Shown: positions 1-10,426 of the stretch, in pieces
Numbering within the stretch: the stretch's first letter is position 1
Layout: every line of letters starts with the position of its first letter
NCBI RefSeq assembly: GCF_006345805.1
Contig: NC_043026.1
Location: 5,022,001 to 5,086,000 of the forward strand
Origin: Octopus sinensis
Lineage: Eukaryota
DNA: 64,000 nt
Direction of reading: 5' to 3'
Notes under the pieces: model-generated
Told to the model about the DNA's origin: nothing
Seen by the model: the letters and a program-made list of their open reading frames with translations, nothing else
Databases searched by the model: none
Translations under genes and position numbers: made by a program

Positions 1-107
1 AATCTATTTTTTCTTTACCTAGTGGTCAGCATTTCTTAACTCATAGTTATTTCGATCTTGTAAGGATGGACTTGGTGCTAACTTAACTGTATCTATTTTT
101 TATTATA

Positions 108-159
<52 letters not shown>

Positions 160-502
160 AGTAATTTTTATTAACTTTTATAGCTTTAGTATCTTATGAA
201 CTATACCACGGATTTATTTATTATTTTCCATCTCCATATATGTTAGCCTTTTTTTTTTTTTATATATAAAAAACTACTAGCCAAATATGTATAATATCGG
301 TACTTATTGATATTAATATATACACTATTATATATTTTGTTTTATTTTGTTCTGTTTGCTTTCCTTTTTTGTACAAATGTGTAGTATATTATATAAGTGT
401 AGCTTTATGATGTATAAGTTTTTATATTTTATTTTTTTATATTTTTATATTTATATGTATATGATTGTATAATATTTTTCACTATTATAACAAATTTAAT
501 TT

Positions 503-620
503 AATTCTCTGAAGAGGCCGTGGGGCATCCTTGTTAATGCCTCATTTATACCTGCCTTTATGGCTTATAGGTTAAATGAGGTATGACTGTCCTCACTGCC
601 GAAACAGCTGTCAGTTTTGA
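503..620 (+). ncRNA. Type I hammerhead ribozyme motif of the Penelope-like-element (pLTR) kind
   Basis: Core CTGAAGA at 509-515. Stem II GGCCGTGGGG (516-525) pairs with CCTCACTGCC (591-600) around a long structured insert. GAAA at 601-604, palindromic stem III ACAGCTGT (604-611), and a GTC cleavage triplet ending at 612. Stem I is weak. Confidence 0.6.
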
Positions 621-984
621 TTTATTTGCATATTATATTTGAAAAAAATTTTTTACTTATATCTCTTTATCTTTTTACTATTACTGTATATCTCATTTCA
701 TTTTATGTATTGCCTTTACTCATATGTAATGGTGTATTAAAGTATGGATTGAGTATCATCGGATAGTTGATGTTTTACTGATTTAAGTATATTTCTCCAT
801 TCTCTAATTTTGTAGTATTAATTTACGGTAATATTATTACCTTTACCCATATAATGCAATAGATGAACTGATTGTTTGACAATTGTTAACATCTATGTAT
901 TAAATTTGTTGGGTACCTATCTAGCAGTATATTGGATATATATTATCCCATGGTGGGTTGAATTTTCAACCCCTATCTCATTTT

Positions 985-1074
985 ATAACATACATACATA
1001 TATATATATATAGATAGATTCCGTGTATGTATCTCTCTATGTGTATATATATATATTCATACTCATCCGATTAT

Positions 1075-1148
<74 letters not shown>

Positions 1149-1215
1149 TATACATATATATACATCTATACATACATTTACCCGCCTACGTACACATTAA
1201 ATACATACATATATA
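985..1215. repeat. Compound (TA)n/(CA)n/(TACA)n microsatellite
   Basis: Directly visible; explains the spurious ORF 1023-1283. Confidence 0.9.
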
Positions 1216-1562
1216 TTCACACGCGTTCCGTCCAAATGGAAATTTTCTTTTTCACGTCCAAATTAATTATAATTCCTAATTAATGACTTAATTGTGAGAC
1301 CTTTAATGTCATTTAATATTATTTAATTCATAAAAATGCTGACAATGTCTCTTTGATTTAAATAAATAATTTAGACTCGGATTTCCCGCCTTTTCCCCCA
1401 CGTTTTTGTCATTCAAATTAGCGTTGCTAAGCGACAAATAGAAACAATTGAACGGGAAGCGGCAGAAGTTATAGAGAGACTCCAGACTGGGCGGTTTGTG
1501 CGATACCAGACCCGAAATATCACCAGACACCCTTAAGCATGGGTGGTCACAAATGGACTTAC

Positions 1563-1690
1563 CCGTCGTCTTCCCTACGAGGTATGCTAATGTGTGTGCA
1601 AGAAGGCTACGTATAATAATGAATAATTGTATTCCTATATAAATGTATCGCCAATCCTATACAATAGAGTCGGAAATTATCCAATACCTC
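1563..1690 (-). promoter_or_regulatory. Possible promoter and first exon of a gene running off the left edge
   Basis: CpG-richer unique sequence, CCAAT motifs at 1651 and 1681, TATA-like element at 1635-1644, and a consensus donor GG|GTAAGT at 1562-1557 on the minus strand. Confidence 0.3.
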
Positions 1691-1847
1691 AAATATTCCA
1701 ACATTTTTTGATATTTCTTTTTTAAACTTGTACATATAAATGAATAAATGTATACACAAACACATATAATATATATATACACAAACACATATAATATATA
1801 TATACACACCTACATTTCTACAGTTATATATATATATATATATATAT

Positions 1848-2678
1848 GGCGAAGTTTCGTATGTCGTAGATCAGATTTCCGTCGATTTCCGTAAAAAACT
1901 TTTATTTTTTTACATAAGTAATGAGAGCGAAAGAGACTAAGAGGAAGCGATTTTACGACGAGAAGGTTTCACTTTGAAATCGGCCTGTGTGCGTTTGATG
2001 GGGTGTGGGAGACAGACAGTATGTTGTGTAAGTGAAGTGCTTCTGTTAGTGTGTGCGAAGAGACAGAGAGAGTAATGTGTGAAAGAGAGAGATAACTGAT
2101 TTTTTTACTCGGTGTATGTGTATATGTATGTATGCATGTATGTGTGTGTGTGTGTGTATGTATCTATGTATGTGTGTGTGTTTATGTATGTATGTATGTA
2201 TGTATGGCCGGCATAGACTTTTCACACAGAACATTACCAATCGGATTTTGTCACTTTTCCTTACACATTTTGTACTGTTCGTTCCTTTTGCTGCACAACA
2301 CAATGTTTACACATGCATATATATGCATGCTTGCACCCAGTTTCTGTGCACCTCTATAGACTATTAACTTTTTTTTTCCTTTGAATGCAACTCTTTTCTC
2401 ATGAGAAGAATATCTCCTCATTTTATAACTCTCCCATCTTTTTCTTACCATTTCACCATCGTCACATCAACAGAGACATTAAGGCTGCACAGTAGCAGTC
2501 GACAAGGCATGTATAACGATTAAATAAAAAAAATTTTGTCTATATCTTCGATCACTGTCATTATTCCATTGAGTCAACCTCATTATTTTCTACATAGCAG
2601 ACTGTTACATAAACAGGCGCCGCAAGGTAATCTTTCGTTTTAATTCGAAATAATGTAAACACTGAATCGGCCATACAT

Positions 2679-2710
<32 letters not shown>

Positions 2711-3022
2711 GTACTTACACACACACACATACATGCATACATACATATACACATACACCGAGTAAAAAAATCAGTTATCTCTCTCTTTCACACATTACTC
2801 TCTCTGTCTCTTCACACACACTAACAGAAGCACTTCACTTACACAACATACTGTCTGTCTCCCACACCCCATCAAACGCACACAGGCCGACTTCAAAGTG
2901 AAACCTTCTCGTCGTAAAATCGCTTCCTCTTAGTCTCTTTCGCTCTCATTACTTATGTAAAAAAATAAAAGTTTTTTACGGAAATCGACGGAAATCTGTG
3001 CTACTACAACCGAAACTATGCC
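1848..3022. mobile_element. Non-autonomous foldback DNA transposon with about 360-bp terminal inverted repeats (possibly ISL2EU/PHIS-like)
   Basis: 1848-2210 is the near-perfect reverse complement of 2668-3022. Ends are AT|GGC...GCC|AT, embedded in (TA)n. The superfamily is inferred only from the GG termini and AT flanks. Confidence 0.8.
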
Positions 3023-3699
3023 ATATATATATATATATATATATATACATCCTGTGGGATACATACAGATGAACACCCCATCGACTTTGTTTCCTCATAA
3101 CTTCCAGGAAAATGGATATTTTTAATGAAACTTCCACTTTCATTTTCTAACAGAAAAGGATGCTCTCAAAAGAAATCCTCTTTTACAAAGCTCTTATTTA
3201 AATCCCTGTGGATAAATCCCAGCAAGAATCTTCTCAGGCTCTCCAATATTTTACAATTATATAAAGAGAAAGAATCGGGGGCCAGGAAGTGGGGCTAAAA
3301 ATAATCAGAGATTTTTAAAATATTCTTTTTATTTTTTTGTAACATAAATGTGTTTCTGAGGGAAAAAATGAGAAAAAAAGAGAAGACAAGGAGGGTGGTG
3401 TGCTAGAAACAACAGCCAAATCTCCCTTAAATCACACACTTTTTCCCTCGAACCCTTACAAAACATTTTGCCAACAAATTTCTTTTTAATCGTAATCTAC
3501 ATCGTTTGAAAGTTATTTCTACCAAATTTCATTCAAAAATACCCTTTTTTATACAAAAATACCTTTATACACATGTATATTTATATATACCTACATATAC
3601 ACACATGTCTTTGCTATGTTTTTTAAACACATAAAACTCATAGATGCATACTTTTATAATATTTTACACTTAAACCGCCGCAGGACAATATTTTTAGAG

Positions 3700-4050
3700 T
3701 TGCTTCTTAAAGTGTCCTTCACTTTTTTGATGAAAAACGATACAAATTTCAGAGTATTTGGCTGTTATTTCTAGCATGATGTTAGGCCATCTATAGGACA
3801 ATATTTGACATGGATGTTTTGTAAATTGTCCTTGGATTTTTATTTGTGATGAGACAAAAATGTGAAGGTTTTTGTGGCTCTTTCTAGCATGAAATGAGAC
3901 CATATACAGGTCAATTTTATTTATGAATGCTTCTTATCTGTCCTTCAAATTTTATATGAAAAGTAAAGTGGTTTCTATTTCTAGCGTGAAAAATGACCAG
4001 CTATGGGAAAGCTTTTACTGAATGCTTCTTAAAGTGTCCTTCTCTTTTTT
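3700..4050 (-). repeat. Degenerate tandem repeat of about 105-110 bp (about 3 units) carrying the GCTAGAAATAGCAGCCAAA-like core
   Basis: Recurrent GCTTCTTA..TGTCCTT and TTTCTAGC.TGA motifs at a spacing of roughly 105 bp. Confidence 0.55.
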
Positions 4051-4214
4051 TATGAACCCCCAACAGCAACAACAACAACAACAACCCTACGAGGACGAAA
4101 GGCAATGTTTGTGCGTGTGTGCAGTTGGAATGTCACTACAACAACAACAACAATCTATTCTTATTAAACGTTAAAAACTGTCAGATGCAGACTGCACACA
4201 CGCACACACAACGC

Positions 4215-4580
4215 TGATGACGACGACGATGATGGTGATGATGATGATGATGATGGTGATTATGACGATGATGATGATGGTGATGATGATGATGATGACG
4301 ACGATATGATGATGATGATGACGACGACGATGCTGATGATGATGATGATGACGATGATGACGATGATGATGACGACGACGATGATGATGATGACGATGAT
4401 GGTGATGATGATGATGACGACGACGATGATGACGATGATGATGATGATGACGATGATGATGATGATGACGATGATGGTGATGATGACGATGATGGTGATG
4501 ATGACGACGACGATGATGATGATGATGGTGATGATGATGATGATGACGACCACGACCACGACGACGACGACGACGACGGC
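4215..4580. repeat. Long compound (GAT/GAC/GGT)n trinucleotide microsatellite
   Basis: Directly visible; explains ORFs 4181-4729, 4260-4559 and 4306-4626. Confidence 0.92.
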
Positions 4581-4872
4581 GGAGACGGCGGCGGTGGTCG
4601 TCTGCCTTTTAATGGAGAATCAATGATTATGAAAGTCTCTGCTTTCGGACCAGACATTCCTATACATACATGCATGCGTATATATATATATATATACATA
4701 TATATACATGCGTATATACACACACACAAACATACATACTTATAGCCTTATTTCTATACATACATTCCTAAATATGTGTGTATATATATATATAAACACA
4801 TGTATATATACTGTATATAAATATACACACACACACACAAAGAGAGTGTGTTGAGGAACGTTACAACAATAA

Positions 4873-4929
4873 GTGTTAGTGTGTAGAATGCAATGTATGC
4901 GATGCAGGTTCGATTCCCGGGCGAAGCCA
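4873..4929 (+). pseudogene. Degenerate tRNA-like fragment (Gly-like T-arm and 3' end, ends in CCA)
   Basis: B-box GGTTCGATTCCCGGGCG followed by AAGCCA. The upstream part resembles a D-arm, but there is no intact anticodon arm. Confidence 0.35.
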
Positions 4930-4988
4930 TTTACAACAACAACAACAATAAGAAGAAGAAGATTGAAGTTTAATATTTCTGGAAATAT

Positions 4989-7900
4989 TTATTTGTCAAA
5001 ATAAAAGAAAGCAAAAGATTGACGTCCAGGAATAATTCCAAAAACCATCAAAGAATTGTCTGAAACATCCAAACCAAGAAGTTCAACGACTTCATTATCA
5101 TCCCCTCTGAGGAGTAAATATTTTGGATTATCTTTTAATACCAGGATTTCATCATCTTCAGATGTTTCCTCTTCAATATGTCGAGGTATTTCGTAAATAT
5201 TGTTTATTAAATCTGTTATATAAACACATTCACCAATTATGGTCAGATGAGGTCTTGGAATATAATATCCCAGAAAATAAAATACTTCTTCTATTCTTAT
5301 CCTCCTCACCAAAGACTTTTCCCTGAACCATTCCACAAAACACAAAACTTCCATCCATCCAAACCCCTCCTCCTTCATCTCCCTCCTCACAACAACAACA
5401 TCACCAACAGATGTGACTCCCACATCTTCCACCCCTTCATCTCCCTCCAACCTTCCCAATCTCCTCATCTTCCCACAACACACTTCATCTTTACATTTCC
5501 CATCTTTGATATCAACCACATCCACATAATAACGGTGAAAGATGTCGGGGTCATCGCAATAATAGAAATCCTTGTTGTTCTCCCATCTTCTTTTGTATTT
5601 CTTGTGTCTCTCTTCTTGAGTTATGTCTCTAATATAATGACCACCACACACGAGTTGATTGTCGTTGTATTTATAAATCCTGTTGTAGTATTTCTCAGTT
5701 CTGATGGTTTTTAAACGATGGAGATCCCTGTTGAAGACCCTCATTTCTCTCCCAAAGGCGACAATGAAACATTCCTCTGTCCACCGACATATGTCCAGTG
5801 GTGGTCGTTGTTGTTGTTCATGTTGAAGTATGTCCACTGTTGTTGTTGTTGTTCTGATTAATGTGACACTTTCTCGAAATATCAATACACTCACATTCTC
5901 ATCTAACTTAATTAGTTTACTGTTCCAGTCTCTAATGTCCCTATAATCATAATCAACAGGTTCCTCGAATGCAGGAATGGAAAAAGGGACCATTGCTGTC
6001 CTATATGGAAGTCTCCTCACTGATATTTCATCAATTCCTGAATTATTAATCTCCGCTATGTAATTACCACATCTCACCTTTAATCTACCTTCACCAATTA
6101 TTTCACCTGATTTACCTCTTCTTCTTCCTCCTCCATCTCCATCTCCTCCTCTGAATTCCAATTTATTAATTAATTCATTACTGAATATTTCCTTGTTCGT
6201 TTCAGATGTAATGGAAGGGAAACGAAGACCAAAATCAAGATTTAATGACGACACAGATTCCAGAATGTTCACTTGGTCCCCATCAATCTTTATGCAATGA
6301 CATTCAATCAATTCATTATGTACACACCAGTAAATACCCGCCACTTTTCTCCATATTACACCATAAGGGATGAGACTCGACCAAACTTGAGATGTCTGCA
6401 AATCTTCTCCATTCAGTTGAAGTATTTCTTTCCTTTTAGGAACCGTGGCCATTATGTGTGATTCTTGTGTAAAACACACACCACCAACTAAACTTGCAAC
6501 ATTTCTGTGACATAGCAACTGGCCGTCTTCATTGAATATTTTAACATTTCCATTATTGGCTTTTTCACACACAACTGTCTTTCCTTCCTCAGAGACATCA
6601 AAATCTTTCACTTGAACAGGACATTCGTCTGTTTGTAAACGAGCAACCGGGAAGCTGTCTCGATTCACCATAAACAACCCTTCAACATACAATTCAATCT
6701 CTCTCCTTCCCCTCCAGGGGCTTCCAACAAACCTTGGTCCTTTACAGTCTATACTGGAGAAATATACTTCATCTTTATAAATTCTTTTATTTAAAAATAT
6801 TCTCTTGTATTCCCCATTCTGGGTCAAACACAAAATGTTTCGACATCCGGATGAAACAAAATATTTCTCCCACTGACCATGAATGTACAAAAAACTGTCA
6901 TCAATATTCATCTTGTCATCATCACCAACATACTGCATGTAGTGTCTGACTGAATGTAAATATTGACCACCACTGTTGAAGAAAATGATGAATCTCCAGT
7001 TGAAGACAATGATGACATCTTCATCAGTAACTTTAATATCCTGGATTGTACCAAAATAATCTCCATCTTCGTCTCTCCCTATTAATGGTTCAGGTATGTC
7101 TATTTTTTTTATTTCCTTCACACTCGAATGTATTTCATCAATATCAACAAAATGCAAATGTCTTACATCTCCCCTTTCACTAAAAACCAGTTGATTGTTT
7201 GATAAAGAAGCCACACATTCATAATCATTTCTCGTTTGGTAAATTACCAACGACAATGGAAATTCCACTTTTAATGTCCACAGTTGGTATTTATCATCTT
7301 TATAATCCCTACCCGTAATGACCAGTGTGTTTGACTGCCATCGACACATTTTAATATAACCATAAACATTCACTTTGATTGAATCCCATAGGTGACCATC
7401 CAATGTGAATATCTTAATGTATCCATTATTCCTGTCATATCCTGCAATCAGATTATTTTCAGTAAGAACCAAACGATTAATCTCCGCTGGTTCTTTGTCT
7501 CCCAAATGTTTAGGGAGAAGAATATGTCTGGCTTTATCAGAAACTGTCAGGTCCTGTAGATATAAAGTGGAAGACAACATTTCACTGAGAGAAATGTTTC
7601 TGGAAAATACATCCACCAGGTCGATATAATAATTAAGTTGATTATTAGTAACGAGATCATTAACCAACAAATTCTGATCGTTTATCGCAAACATACGGCT
7701 TCTGTCTATCAGATAAACAGACGTTTGGTCAATAGATCCACCTTGGAGACTGAGGGGACGTTTCACTTGGGACATTAAAACACTGGGGACCATCTGACGA
7801 CCGCCATGACCACCACCACCTATTCTAGTGTTGTACTGAAAAGCTTTTCCCCTAGTAACAATGAATAGCTTTTCTGTTTTCTTGTCTATTGATAATGATT

Positions 7901-9059
7901 TCACAAACACAGGGATATTAATTGTCTTAATTACTTCGACTTGATTATAATAATTGATGGCTAAAATGTCTAAATGTGATGGTTTATCACAATAACAAAC
8001 AATTTCACCATCACCCATCTTACACACCCGTACATAAGGCTGCCTTAATGATACACTTCTCACTGTCTTTGATAGGTTTCCGATTACCCTTAATTGTTTC
8101 TGTAGGGGTAATGTGACCCCTATATGATTAAAATCCCATCGACATATATCTGTGGCTGTAGACGGCAGAGATAATCTGGACACAATGTCTCCTCCCTGAG
8201 AAATGTACAACAAGCAATCATGGTTGATGTCAGACACCACCAACTGTCCATTGGCCAGATTACATATTTCACCAATGACAAGTTTTTGGTCATTCTCCTT
8301 TTCTTTGAGTCGTAGATTTAGATTTCTGATATAAGGATTTTTCGTGGGTAAACGACAGCCAGATGACCGGTCTTGGTACTTGTAGAGAAGAACCCTGTTG
8401 AGTTGAGTGTCCGGGACATAAAGAGTTCCTTGGAAAACAGCAATGTCAGGGTGAACAGGGAAAGGCAGTTCCCACTGCCATTTCATTTGTCCATATAGAT
8501 CGTAACATCTGAGAATAGAGTGTCTCCTGAAGAGGACATAGAAATAAACATTATCAGAGTAGATGTGATGAGGGTAGCCATAGAATGGAAGGTATTTTTG
8601 AAAAAGTTCTTCACCACATGTGGAATAAAATACCATTTTATTTTCGTTTCCATCTACGACTACAAAATTAATTGGAGTTGCAGCAATGCTGACATTATGA
8701 TGTCTCAGAGAAATTCTTTCTGCAATGTCAACTTTATCTTCATGGATCAAGAGGATATGGACCTCGCTTTTGTTTTCAGTGGTGGTCACAGCTAAACACT
8801 TATTTGATACAATATGACATATTTTCATGTAACCAGTTTGCACCTTTATTAAAGGGCCTTTTCTTAGTTCAGGACAGGTGATATACTGAAACCCTTTCTT
8901 TTCACGATAAACTACCAGGAATCTGTTTGCGTTTATTCTACAACAGAAAGAAGGAAGCTCAAGGAAAACTGAATTATTTTGGTTAATTATTTCCCCGTTA
9001 TCAGTGAATAATTTAGCTTTCTTGTTTTTGTAAATTATTAATATAGAAGATGTAGACAT
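4989..9059 (-). CDS. 1356-aa intronless ORF with five tandem NHL/YVTN-like beta-propeller domains (C-terminal part of a roughly 1,810-aa protein)
   Basis: Uninterrupted 4-kb ORF in AT-rich DNA. Recurring blade motifs: ICNLANGQLVVSDINH, LVLTENNLIAGYDRNNGYIKIFTLDG, FDVSEEGKTVVCEKANNGNVKIFNEDG, DICRW (twice), KMCRW. The frame stays open 16 codons upstream of the Met. Confidence 0.85.
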   Translation of the reverse strand: MSTSSILIIYKNKKAKLFTDNGEIINQNNSVFLELPSFCCRINANRFLVVYREKKGFQYITCPELRKGPLIKVQTGYMKICHIVSNKCLAVTTTENKSEVHILLIHEDKVDIAERISLRHHNVSIAATPINFVVVDGNENKMVFYSTCGEELFQKYLPFYGYPHHIYSDNVYFYVLFRRHSILRCYDLYGQMKWQWELPFPVHPDIAVFQGTLYVPDTQLNRVLLYKYQDRSSGCRLPTKNPYIRNLNLRLKEKENDQKLVIGEICNLANGQLVVSDINHDCLLYISQGGDIVSRLSLPSTATDICRWDFNHIGVTLPLQKQLRVIGNLSKTVRSVSLRQPYVRVCKMGDGEIVCYCDKPSHLDILAINYYNQVEVIKTINIPVFVKSLSIDKKTEKLFIVTRGKAFQYNTRIGGGGHGGRQMVPSVLMSQVKRPLSLQGGSIDQTSVYLIDRSRMFAINDQNLLVNDLVTNNQLNYYIDLVDVFSRNISLSEMLSSTLYLQDLTVSDKARHILLPKHLGDKEPAEINRLVLTENNLIAGYDRNNGYIKIFTLDGHLWDSIKVNVYGYIKMCRWQSNTLVITGRDYKDDKYQLWTLKVEFPLSLVIYQTRNDYECVASLSNNQLVFSERGDVRHLHFVDIDEIHSSVKEIKKIDIPEPLIGRDEDGDYFGTIQDIKVTDEDVIIVFNWRFIIFFNSGGQYLHSVRHYMQYVGDDDKMNIDDSFLYIHGQWEKYFVSSGCRNILCLTQNGEYKRIFLNKRIYKDEVYFSSIDCKGPRFVGSPWRGRREIELYVEGLFMVNRDSFPVARLQTDECPVQVKDFDVSEEGKTVVCEKANNGNVKIFNEDGQLLCHRNVASLVGGVCFTQESHIMATVPKRKEILQLNGEDLQTSQVWSSLIPYGVIWRKVAGIYWCVHNELIECHCIKIDGDQVNILESVSSLNLDFGLRFPSITSETNKEIFSNELINKLEFRGGDGDGGGRRRGKSGEIIGEGRLKVRCGNYIAEINNSGIDEISVRRLPYRTAMVPFSIPAFEEPVDYDYRDIRDWNSKLIKLDENVSVLIFRESVTLIRTTTTTVDILQHEQQQRPPLDICRWTEECFIVAFGREMRVFNRDLHRLKTIRTEKYYNRIYKYNDNQLVCGGHYIRDITQEERHKKYKRRWENNKDFYYCDDPDIFHRYYVDVVDIKDGKCKDEVCCGKMRRLGRLEGDEGVEDVGVTSVGDVVVVRREMKEEGFGWMEVLCFVEWFREKSLVRRIRIEEVFYFLGYYIPRPHLTIIGECVYITDLINNIYEIPRHIEEETSEDDEILVLKDNPKYLLLRGDDNEVVELLGLDVSDNSLMVFGIIPGRQSFAFFYFDK

Positions 9060-9217
9060 AGGTAGAATATTTGTAATGTTGTAGCAATCCTCAATATCAA
9101 TATAGTTTTAAACTGGGGGTATGTAGCTGGTGGTTGTATGACAGGTTGGGCCAAAAGTCTTTATTCATTTGAATACCATGTGGTTTGCCGCAATAATCTG
9201 TTACCAAAATGGTATCT

Positions 9218-10426
9218 TTACCAACAGAAATAGAGCGGCATTTCCTGCCAATGTCCCTCCTTGTTACACCACCTTAACTGAAATCCTCTATAATTATTTG
9301 TCCCTGGAGGACATAGAAATAATTTGGTAGAGAGAGAGATTTTACTTGGGAGGTGCAGAGAATGGGTCTCTACCTCCCATAACTGTTGGCCATCCAGTTT
9401 GTAACAGATTACTCTGTTGATGCTGGCGAATGTAATTACAAGTATATTCTGGACCCCTACAGCAATATCTGTAGGGGTTTCTTTGGTAATAAATTGATAG
9501 TTAATGGTATTATCCTCCCAATCAAATTGGTAAACTGTCTTACCAAACATTTCTACACCTATAAGTGTAGAATCTTCCAAGTAACTCACCATATGTAACC
9601 CCAACTTTATCCTTTTGATCTTGAAGGTTTTGGGGCTGATAATAAGAATCATTTCTTTGAAGGGGAGGGTTGCCAGAACCATGTCTTCACTGATTCTTGT
9701 GAAACTGGTCACAGAAGATGGACAATGGACATCAATTCTGTCACTGTCTCTTGTTACTAAACTTATTGTCTTACAAAGGTGGGAATATGTCATCACTCCC
9801 TCCTCTATAATGACAATATTGGATATTATTGGGATTTCTTCAAATTCTTCTCCAGATTCCTCAATATTTACTTCTCTAGTCACAACTGGCTGAAGCGGCC
9901 GAAATTTTGTGGTTACTTTTGCTGGTTCAATGGTCTTGTGGTTGTATGGGTTGCAGGTGACATAAATGTCAAAGAGTCTTTGTTGAAACCATTCGAGGTC
10001 CTGCTCAATAGAAATATTCTGTTCTTTAGTATATTTCAGCAAAATTCCAAGTCTCTCTTTGACTTTTTCTAAAATACAATTGGCACTTAACCCCATACTT
10101 TCATAATGTTTGCTCTCCTTAACTATATGCTCCATAAACATCATGCAGCGATCATATTGAAGACGAATCCTCTGTATTTTAGCAACTATTTGTTTTTCAG
10201 CTTCTTTTGTGCTTTCTTTGTCTCCATGTGTGTTGAGTCTTGCCACAGATATGGCCTTCACTGCTGATTCTCTCTCTGAACTAACACTACAATATCCTTC
10301 ATCACTTCTCCTTGAACCATCATCTTCCTCATATTTCCACCTTTTATTGTCAACTTCTTCTTCATCCCCTTTTGGTGTTGAGTCCCTTAAAGCTCTTTTC
10401 TGAGTATTTTCAGTCTGGTCTTCCAT
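9218..10426 (-). CDS. 402-aa ORF: acidic N-terminus, coiled coil and first beta-propeller (N-terminal part of the same gene; last ~40 aa out of frame)
   Basis: Splice acceptor TTTCTTTACAG at 10435-10434 lies 7 nt before the ATG. Helical region around aa 70-150, then propeller blades (VTSFTRISEDMVLATLP; PTDIAVGVQNILVITFASINRVICYKLDGQQLW). A frameshift at the (CT)n run near 9330 leads into YFYVLQGQII...ISVGKDTILVTDY. Confidence 0.75.
   Translation of the reverse strand: MEDQTENTQKRALRDSTPKGDEEEVDNKRWKYEEDDGSRRSDEGYCSVSSERESAVKAISVARLNTHGDKESTKEAEKQIVAKIQRIRLQYDRCMMFMEHIVKESKHYESMGLSANCILEKVKERLGILLKYTKEQNISIEQDLEWFQQRLFDIYVTCNPYNHKTIEPAKVTTKFRPLQPVVTREVNIEESGEEFEEIPIISNIVIIEEGVMTYSHLCKTISLVTRDSDRIDVHCPSSVTSFTRISEDMVLATLPFKEMILIISPKTFKIKRIKLGLHMVSYLEDSTLIGVEMFGKTVYQFDWEDNTINYQFITKETPTDIAVGVQNILVITFASINRVICYKLDGQQLWEVETHSLHLPSKISLSTKLFLCPPGTNNYRGFQLRWCNKEGHWQEMPLYFCW

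Noticed and set aside
4181-4729. Poly-Ser/His, poly-Met and poly-Ile ORFs
   Set aside because: All are frames of a trinucleotide microsatellite; no splice signals or non-repetitive coding flanks, unlike the 49-kb tract.
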